A stretch of 64,000 nucleotides of DNA from Girardia tigrina (Eukaryota): the NCBI GenBank assembly GCA_001938485.1, contig MQRK01219369.1, positions 10,691 to 74,690 on the forward strand, read 5' to 3'. The notes under the pieces are model-generated. The model was not told where the DNA came from, did not search any database, and saw nothing but the letters and a program-made list of their open reading frames with translations. Shown here in pieces: positions 55,200 to 64,000 of the stretch. Numbering within the stretch: the first letter of the stretch is position 1; every line of letters starts with the position of its first letter. Made by a program: the position numbers and the translations under genes.

Positions 55200-55375
55200 T
55201 CTTATACGTGCACTCAAAGATCTGCTAATTGATTCATGTATTATCATGGGTAATGAACAAGTATACAAAGTTTCAGTTTAATTGACCATTGGGAAGTGGT
55301 TGAAAAATCAATTACAAGATTTGTATCAGACAAACAGATAGATGAAGCTTATATAAAAGTAAAACGAAGTCCGGA
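55200..55375. mobile_element. Possible Helentron-associated (HINE/DINE-like) short repeat
   Basis: General resemblance only (ACAAAGTTTCAG...GGGAAGTGG...CAGACAAACAGATAGA...AAGCTTATATAAAAG). Confidence 0.3.
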
Positions 55376-55427
55376 TGAAAATATTCTTTTAATAACCAAA
55401 GTCATCCATTTAAAAATATATTTTAAG

Positions 55428-55466
55428 ACAATATATTTTGACGGATCTACTGCCATCTCCAGGTCA
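55428..55466 (-). ncRNA. Hammerhead motif B, degenerate (CTGGAGA; GAAA changed to AAAA)
   Basis: Inverted-repeat partner of hammerhead C with two core substitutions. Confidence 0.6.
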
Positions 55467-56177
55467 CTAATTAATAATCAATTCACCTGTATATAAATAC
55501 AAAAATGATGATTATGTAATCGATTGCATGAAATCATGCTAATCAAAAATTCTCAATAAGCTGGTTGGGACTACCGATTGAACATTGATTTTAGGGTAAC
55601 AAGACCTAATTAACAATGCTTCACACGACACTCTCTCCCAATAACTATCAAAATGCTTACACAGAATTTTGAAATTATCAAAATTAACATCACATTTACA
55701 TTTTTTCCTATGTTCTGTAATATTACTCTTACTCTCTTTTCGACCATGTTCTTGAATTCGTTTACAGAGATGACGGGCAGTTTCTCCAATGTATGTGGCA
55801 TCGCACCCATTACATTTATATTCATAACAATATCAGAACAAAGTGTAATAGATTTATTACTGAACATATTTTAGATTTTATGAGATCGTGATATAATTTT
55901 TAAATTTAATTCATTGTTAGTTGCTTTTAACATTGTATTTTTAAAGTTTTTAAATCCTTCAGAATAAGGTACAATTAAACAATATTTAGGCATATTATTA
56001 ATATCTAATGATCTTTCGATTTCTTTCTTAGATCCATCAGGAGAAGCCAAACTCTGATTTTTCGAAAAATCTTCAAAAGTATTTTATCTACTGTTTCGTG
56101 TTAGCATGATTTCATGCAATCGATTATATAATCATCATTTTTGTATTTATATACAGGTGAATTGATTATTAATTAGT

Positions 56178-56216
56178 GACCTGAAGAGGACGGTAGATCC
56201 GTCGAAATATATTGTC
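56178..56216 (+). ncRNA. Minimal type I hammerhead ribozyme C (intact core)
   Basis: gac-CTGAAGA-G-GACGG tagat CCGTC-GAAA-tata-TT|gtc. Confidence 0.8.
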
Positions 56217-56398
56217 TTGAAATAACTTTTAACATGTTTTTAATTTTAAGTAAATAAATATTTTTCTTTAAATAAAATCATTTTTAAAATTAAATTAATT
56301 TTTAGATAAAATTAATACCGAAATTATAAATAAACTTGAAAAAAGAAGGCAATTTTTTATTATAAACAAATAAACGCCATTAAAAATATATATTTTAG

Positions 56399-56437
56399 GA
56401 TAATATATTTCGACGGTTTAACCGTCATTATCAGATC
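56399..56437 (-). ncRNA. Hammerhead motif D (G8 to A: CTGATAA)
   Basis: gat-CTGATAA-T-GACGG ttaaa CCGTC-GAAA-tata-TT|atc. Confidence 0.7.
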
Positions 56438-56654
56438 ACTGATTATGTTCTTTTTTATTGCTTTTATATAAGAAATGAATGATTATACAATCACTTGCGT
56501 AAGTCTAATCGAAAACTCTTAACAAATTAGTTGAGAGTGCTGTTTGAGCATTGATTTTGGGATCACATGATCTTATCAACAATGCTTCATATGACACTCT
56601 CTCTCAATAATTTTTAAAATGCTTGCACAAAATCTTAAAATCATTTATGCTCAT

Positions 56655-58160
56655 TATGAGGGGTTAATTTAAATTTACATCTCGCCAGAATAATTTATTA
56701 TTTTTTTAATTTAAAGGTAAAAATATTTTAATGTTAATATGCGTATTAGATATTTAAAAAAAATAAAAAAGGTAATATGTTGTTAATGTTTTAAGGTGAT
56801 ATGTTGTCTCGGAATACATGTGATACATGTACACAATGCTTGATGGCTCATGAAGATGCTAAAATGATGAAGATAAAGACTCGAATAATCAACGTCCTGG
56901 ACACATCGCAGATATTCAAATATCAACAAGAAGAAATAGAAGAAATTAAAAAATACCCAAGTTCAGGTAAAGACAGAAAGCTTACGATTGAAGACGGCAT
57001 AATAAGAACAAACAAGGGGAAGATTTGGATACCAAAGTCAAAAAGAGAAGAAATGATCATACAAATACATACGCTATTGTCGCACGCGGGCGCAGAGAAA
57101 GTAACGAAACACATCTCAGAAAATTATGACATGATCAATCGGAATGAAATAATAAAAGAAGTAATTGGACAATGTGAAGCATGTCAAAAAAAAGTAAAAC
57201 ATTAACGACCGTTACGAAGGAAAAACGGGTTACACTGGTCGCAAATGAACCATTTGAGAAAGTGTACATAGACATATGCGGATCACTAAAGGAGACTTGG
57301 AGAAGAAAAAAGTATATTGTTGTAATCATAGATCAGTTTAGTAGGTACATATCTTTGACAGCCATTAGCAAGCAGGATGAAATAACCATAAAAGACACCA
57401 TAATGACCAAATGGATCTTGAGATTTGGAGCACCGAAGGAAATACATACAGATTGTAGCAAGACATTCGAATCGAAGGTAATCAAAGACATGGCAGAATC
57501 AATGAATATAAAAATGTGTTACTCAAGTCCGTACCATCATAACACGAACGGAATAGTAGAAAGACAATTTCGGACAATTAGAGAATATTTAAACGCATCG
57601 TTACATACAAAAAAAAGGATCAGACTGGGAGGAACTACTACTGGAAATAGAATTCACATTAAACGCAACTTTTCAGAAAACAATAGGGAAGAGCCCAGCG
57701 GAAATTATATTCGGTAAGAAAATATACAGAGATGGATGGTATAGTCAATATATAAAGTTACAGCAAGGAAAAGAAGACACAACAACCAGAAGAAATTTCG
57801 AAATTGGAGATGAAGTACTAGTCAAAGTGGAAACGGGGATAAAGAGTAAAGATAAATATGAAGGACCGTATAAAGTGGTAGAGAAAACACACGTCAGAAG
57901 GTATAAATTAATAAATGAAGATGGAAGAATTTTAGATCGAAACGTTGAAAAATTGAGAAAATTCTTAAAGAAGGGGGATATGAGTGGTTAATTTAAATTT
58001 ACATCTCGCCAGAATAATTTATTATTTTTTTTAATTTAAAGGTAAAAATATTTTAATGTTAATATGCGTATTAAATATTTTAAAAAAATTAAAAAAGGAT
58101 ATAATAAATTTTGGTGTTAAAAAATTAATCCTGATATTGAAGTTGCAACCACTTCTCACA
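56655..58160 (+). mobile_element. Ty3/Gypsy copy B: partial 5' LTR (56655 to about 56775), integrase, PPT, 3' LTR (57979-58160); TSD CTCAT
   Basis: HHCC finger (HTLLSH...CEAC), PFEKVYIDICG, PKEIHTD, NGIVER, KYEGPYKV. PPT AAAGAAGGGGGA. CTCAT at 56650-56654 and 58161-58165. Confidence 0.95.
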
Positions 58161-59029
58161 CTCATATTGCATTTGCACGTTTTTTTATGCTCAGCAATAT
58201 TACTCTTTCCCCCCTTTTTGACTGTGTTCTTGGACTCGTTTGCAGAGATGACGGGCAGTCTCTCCGATGTATGTGGCATTGCACCCATTACATGTGTATT
58301 GATAAACAATGTCCGAACACAATCCTAAAGGAGTATGTGATTTATTGCAAAACATATTCTAAACTTTAAATGATTGAGAAATAATTTTTAAATTTAAAAT
58401 GTTATTTGTTGATTTCAAGATCGAATTCTCGAGGTGTTTAAAACCCTCGGAGTAAGGTAAGCAGAGTATACCCAGGTGTAAAGCAGTTTTCAATGTTTAA
58501 ACTATTAATTAGTTCATTTTTGATTTTTTCTTTTTTGATTATTTTATCTAGAGTCTCACGAGTGAGTCTGTCTATGATGGACTTAGACTAACCGTTATTA
58601 TTCAATAACTTGCTTAATGTATTAATACTTTTAATAGATTTTGAAAACGTAGAAGAAAGAGACCAAGAGCGGTATAACAAACCTTTGATCATATTCCTTT
58701 TATATTCACAAAAACTATTTATGGAGGTGTACAAACCAATACCAGTTTTCTTTCGATATATTTCAGTTTCATAATGATCATTTTTCCTTTCAATTAACAC
58801 ATCAAGGAATGGTAATTTTCCGTTTATTTCTTGTTCTACTGTAAAGATTATATTGGGATGAATCGAATTCATGTAATCTAGAAAAGGAAACACATATTCT
58901 CAAGATTCAAAGGCTAGAAAGATATCATCCACATATCTCTTATAAAGTAGTGGTTTTTTCCCCAAAAACAATTCTATTTTTTCTTCAATGGAAGAAAGAA
59001 ATATAGAGGCTAACGTTGGAGCCAATGGT

Positions 59030-59068
59030 GATCTAATGATGACGGTTAAACCGTCGAAATATATTATC
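59030..59068 (+). ncRNA. Hammerhead motif E (G5 to A: CTAATGA)
   Basis: gat-CTAATGA-T-GACGG ttaaa CCGTC-GAAA-tata-TT|atc. Confidence 0.7.
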
Positions 59069-59209
59069 CTGAAATTATAAAAGTCTAATTTTTAAAAATA
59101 AAATCTGAAATGATTTAAATTGAAAATTTGTTCGAAAAATTGTTTATAAACAAAAATTTATCAATTTAGAAAGATGTCAAATTCTGAAAGCTTGGCTGAG
59201 AGTTGTCCA

Positions 59210-59485
59210 AAGGGCGTTTCAAACTGTAATGAAAATAAATGTTCGAAAAACCATATTGGTTTTCTTAATAGCTCGAACTGTTTGAGATGAGTCGACTTTG
59301 ACCATGGCTCTCATTTCATCATCCTAGATATCTGTAGATCGACCAGTTCTTGGTGCATCTTGTAAACGAAAATTTTCGGAACGAAATTTTTGGAACCAAG
59401 GTTGCACAGTGGTTTTGTCGATACTATTTGTTCCTCAAATTGCGTTAATTTTAGAGTCGTTTATTGTTGGCCTAGCTTGAACTCA
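59210..59485 (-). mobile_element. Mariner N-terminal HTH remnant
   Basis: Minus strand WFQKFRSENFRLQDAPRTGRS. Confidence 0.65.
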
Positions 59486-59829
59486 TAAATTAAAATTTTT
59501 TGAAATTTTTTCTTTAACATGTTGAGAATTACTTGCATAAAATTTAAATTTTTGAAAAGGCAAAGTTTCGACTTTTAGAGCATAAGAGTTACCATAAAAC
59601 AGTGTATTTAAACGAATTATTAAGTGAATATCTAATAAACAAACAAAATTTAACAGTTCATATATCAAAAGAAGCAAACATTCGTGCCAACATAATATTA
59701 AAATATATTCTTCAAATGGAAGATTAAATAGCATGAAATTTCCTAAGTTATCTATAAAATTTCTCATATTAATTTGTAACATGTTAAATTAATGAGGAAT
59801 CTAAGACTCAAAGACTATATTAGGAAATC

Positions 59830-60560
59830 CAAACATCGTTTGCTCACATTCAGACTGTTGAAGAGCATTCTTGTTGTGATTCGAATTCAATAATATTCTC
59901 CGATTTTTATTTGATGTTTTCGCCAATTTCCCAATGTCTTCTGGTACTTTTCTCATTTAAAACACTATGTCTACCATGCTTAAATTGTGCAAACCAGTCA
60001 TAGATAATAGTTTCGGATGGGCTACATTGTACATATTCTCATTGTACACATTCTTCAACCCTTAAAAAATTTCAAGACAAGAAACTATTAAACTACAAAA
60101 TTCCTCTAGAGAATACATGAATATGACGAAAAATTGAATGTCCACAAAAATAGACCACATGCAGATGCTACAGTAAATCGAATTGTGTATTTCAGTTAAC
60201 TATACTACCCAAGGAATATATCACTAAAAAAATCAAATAAATCGATATTTTATTAGACCTTCATTCCAGGTATTTAATGGACATACTACTTTATTTTTAC
60301 AATCAGAACAGAGTCACAGCTGTTCCTTTAATAAAGTTCTTAATAAATCTTTCGATTCGATTACCACATTGCATCTTTTCACATCGAGCTCTAGCAACAC
60401 GAAACAACTCTGCCGAATCTTTAATTGTTACCTTCATGTAGGTAATTACCTCTGTTTTAATTTATGACACAATATTTAGAACTTCTGTGATTGTCTGTCT
60501 TTCAATTTGGAACCTTCTTCCAAACGCTGGTCTCCAATATTCATCATACTACAGGTTAGA
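59830..60560 (-). mobile_element. Decayed Tc1/mariner remnant(s)
   Basis: Minus strand KTIIYDWFAQFKHGRHSV at about 59965-60020. The rest is only weakly transposase-like. Confidence 0.5.
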
Positions 60561-61489
60561 TTTAATAGCTAATCAAAACCAGTTTTGCTACAATAATGCT
60601 TCGATCCCATAATAAAAAATAGATAATCTATTATTTTTAAATTCAATAATTTTGAAACTGAGATGTTCTAAAAACTTCAGAATACGAGATTCCAAATACA
60701 AGTTTTTCATTACCAGAAATATATAAATATTGTATTAATCTAAATACATTGTTATATGAATACAATTTTAAATTTACAATAACAGACTTGAATAAAAATA
60801 AGTGAATATAAGTATCAGTTTTTATTATTTATGAAACAAAATTAAATGATATCGGATGTTTATGGCGGTGCTTTCATATTATATCTTAACTGATATTCTT
60901 TCAGAAGCATTTAAAACATTTTTAGAGTCATTTTGGTTTTTTTACTTTGAACTTTCAATTTGATATGATCGAGTAGAATCATGAAACATTATATTATTCT
61001 CTAAAATTATTTAATTGTTATATTTTATAAAAAATCATTGAAAGTAAAGAAATACTGTTTATAATTATCGAATAAAATTTTACAATAGTAAATAAATATT
61101 TTATGAATTATATTTTTATAATAAAACATTAAAATAATTTCTTATTTTTTCACACCAATGCAGAATTCATTATTTATGTTTTATATTATTAATAAATATA
61201 CAGAGATTTTTATATAAAAAATAAATTTAATTACTCGGGAAAATTATTTACTCATTAATGGAAATTATTTTTTTCATTAAATCTGTAGTAGAAATAAAAG
61301 ATTAACTATCACTTTAAATCATAAAGTTAAAAAAATAAAAATGAATATAAATAATAATTAATAAATATTATTATATATATTGTAAATATTCAGGTAAGTC
61401 CTCTCCTCTCCTTTCCAGTATCTAAAGAGAGGCTATACTTTAAGTGGTCGTTTCCTGAGGAGGGGAATGAAAGAAAAGAACTTACTGAT

Positions 61490-61568
61490 ACACACACACA
61501 CACACACATATATATATANNNNNNNNNNNNNNNNNNNNNNNNNNNNNNNNNNNNNNNNNNNNNNNNNN

Positions 61569-61621
<53 letters not shown>
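61490..61621. repeat. (CA)n/(TA)n compound microsatellite around gap (N 61519-61568)
   Basis: Seen directly. Confidence 0.9.
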
Positions 61622-61624
<3 letters not shown>

Positions 61625-63865
61625 CATTATAAAATTCATAATTAAAATTGCGCACGACAGTATCGATTGAAAGATCGACATTACCATAGATCAAATTAAA
61701 ATTTAAATTTTAAATACTTAAATAAGACTTTTCTCATATCGACAGCATCTTATACTAGTCCAGTTTTTATCATACATTTTCTTACTAAACCTTCATGGTT
61801 GACAATAGTGTGATGGGCCATTTACCAGTACTTTTCTCCATCCACTAAAGAATAATTTTTCGTCCTCCGAATTTTCGTTTTCATTGGATCGAAAATTAGA
61901 GAGGAACAATACTATTTCCAACATTTCCTCAATAGTTCCAGTGCTTTTCAATCAATGTATCCACTCTGTCATTTTCATCAATTTCCTATATATTTCATGA
62001 ATATTCACTTCTATTAATATTTCTTATTTGTCGTTTCTTCCTTTGAGGTTAAAACCGTCGACCCGCGAATCAACCGTCATCTATACTTGTTAGCCATCAC
62101 ACATCGTTTTAATCTGGGTCAAGGTAACTGTAAGATTATCTAAATTATCTTTCCTTCTGGTGCGATTTTTTTCTGATAATTTCTTATCTAAAGTTAAATT
62201 GTAATTTTTGTTTGTGTAATTAATAATCATATTATTAAAACTTATTCACTTAATGTTATTATTTATCCCCAATAATACAGGTTAATATTCAGGAGATTCA
62301 TCAAAGTTGCTAAAATTATCTACAATGGAAAAATAAAAACTCGTTAAATGACGAATTTCTGAGCTTAGTAAATACTCTTTGACAATTATTAAGTATTGTA
62401 TTCATATTTTAATTTCAGAAGTCATTGATTGCAAAGTAACAAGGGACAGTGAGTATGACCATGAAGAAAATATTTTATAAAAGTGTACTTTTTTCTGTAC
62501 AATAGTGGAAACAGAATTGCATGTCTCGCCAATTAAAAGTACAATGGTATTTATTCCACTTTTGTTGTCTTTTTTTTCATTTTTTAGGTTTGAAAAGGCA
62601 GATTCTATTATATACATGTTGTTCATTACGACTCATTAATATAGAAACATTGCTATAAAATATAAATAAGATTGATAAGAGTTACTTGACTGTGTATTGT
62701 ATTTCATTGAATATAAAATAAATGATAAACATTTATTTAATAAATCTACATACTGATTATAATCTACTTTTATTAAAATGGAAATAGAAAATAATCTGAA
62801 AAGAAATAAATCTGTATACAAAAAAGATTTATTTAAGATTATTTTTATTATTAAATTACAATAGCATAATTTACATGGCAAGAGACACTAGTTTAAGTCT
62901 GAATTTATTTAATCGTCTTTTGTACATTATCTGGCATATTTCAAATAGAATAAAATTCTTTAAATTGCATTTGAAAATAATATATATATATATATATATT
63001 ATGAAATATATAAATATTTGTATTTATTATTATATATTTACAAACTGTTTTAGTTTTACAAAACTATATCTTTATAACTGCTTTAAAACATAATTAAAAA
63101 TCTAAATAACTAAAATAATATATTTATGATAAAATTTTAATAAGTTAATATTTTATTTAATTAATTACATATCAAAGTAAAGTTTTTATTTCATCGAATC
63201 TCAACTTATTCTTTATAAAATAATATTATTAAATTTTGAGAATTTATTATTAAAAATGACATATATTCTTGTAAATAACGATTAAAAAAATAATTCCTGA
63301 AAATAGCAAATAGCGAATTGATGTTTAAGAAAAGAAATTGAGTAATTCTTTTCCTTATAAAAGCAGAAACAAAAAGAAAAAAGGAGATAGGAAAATTTTC
63401 TAAATACAAAATAAATTTCCTTTATAAAAAATCAGAATAAAATTTTCAAAATTGATCTGCAGTAGACTCGTAAATTTTGACAGAAATTCAAAAATCGATA
63501 ATAATAAAAATACATTAGTTACTTCGAAATGAGACTTTTACCAGGAAATTTTGAGAAATAATTAAAAAAAATTAACAGATTGAGTAATATATTTCTATTT
63601 TTGTCTTTAAATAATTTTTATATACTTTACTTTTTCTTGTATATTTATAACTTATTTAATTAAACATTATGGATTTGAAGATGACATTGTTTGAATTATT
63701 TTTTATATAGTTTTCTATCAACAGTAAATAGCCATATTAAACTACCTTAGAACATAGATTTTGATTTGTTTATTATTTGTTTATATATATTTTTTGTTAA
63801 TTATGTAAAAACAAAAAAGCATTTTTTTAAAAATATACTCTAAAGGAACATGCATAAGTTATATA

Positions 63866-64000
63866 CAGGGTGTCCCAAAAATATGTATACACATTAAAAA
63901 TTTAATTTTATTGAATTTTATTTGTTTAACTTTCATTATATTACAGTTTGAGAACAAACTGTAACCAATATAAATAAATATTACTCGTACTTATTTTTAC
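63866..64000. mobile_element. Start of a Tc1-like element running out of the window
   Basis: TA|CAGGGTGTCCCAAAAATATGTATACAC terminus. Confidence 0.55.

Larger units (their letters stand above)
55410..56232 (-). mobile_element. Penelope-like element 2: 5'-truncated GIY-YIG fragment flanked by about 130-bp inverted pseudo-LTRs
   Basis: Minus strand CNGCDATYIGETARHLCKRIQEH...YWERVSCEALLI. 55410-55542 is the reverse complement of 56101-56232. Confidence 0.9.
56390..59078 (-). mobile_element. Penelope-like element 3 (RT C-terminal half plus GIY-YIG), interrupted by Gypsy copy B, with short inverted terminal copies
   Basis: Minus strand SPLAPTLASIFL, YKRYVDDIF, NSIHPNIIFTVEQE..KLPFLDV, CNGCNATYIGETARHLCKRVQEH. 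56392-56439 is inverted at 59028-59075. Confidence 0.92.

Noticed and set aside
420-58160. One giant 58-kb LTR element that captured the NFI-like gene
   Set aside because: Copy B has its own 5' LTR start and a CTCAT TSD, and the LTRs of A and B are diverged, so these are two independent insertions.
62045-62090. Sixth hammerhead (GACGGTTGATTCG)
   Set aside because: There is no CUGANGA or GAAA core. The stretch reads better as a decayed mariner HTH linker (TSIDDG..GR).
1-64000. CRISPR arrays, tRNA or rRNA genes, prokaryotic operons
   Set aside because: None seen. The sequence is eukaryotic with spliceosomal introns, and its tandem repeats are simple microsatellites.

Overview
Very AT-rich, intron-containing eukaryotic scaffold with four N-gaps. 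Composition, very short introns and the transposon mix suggest an invertebrate such as a planarian flatworm (inference only). The one host gene I can support is a divergent Nuclear Factor I (NFI/CTF)-like transcription factor on the + strand. Nine phase-compatible GT-AG exons from 11900 to 50802 give about 637 aa, and its 5' exons were not confidently located. The rest is mostly transposon debris: three near-full-length dead mariners, two maT (DD37D) elements, two deleted copies of one Ty3/Gypsy family, piggyBac-, pogo- and hAT-type non-autonomous elements, and three 5'-truncated, inverted Penelope-like elements at 53.6-59.1 kb. The best signals are: (i) five minimal hammerhead ribozyme motifs at the Penelope ends, with stem covariation, two of them with an intact core; (ii) a Gypsy family whose LTRs run TA...CA instead of TG...CA, fixed by a 5-bp TSD inside a Penelope ORF; (iii) an NFI zinc loop whose spacing matches His-Cys-box homing endonucleases. 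All family assignments come from motifs I recognise, not from database searches. I do not see a wholly new biological system that the sequence alone proves.
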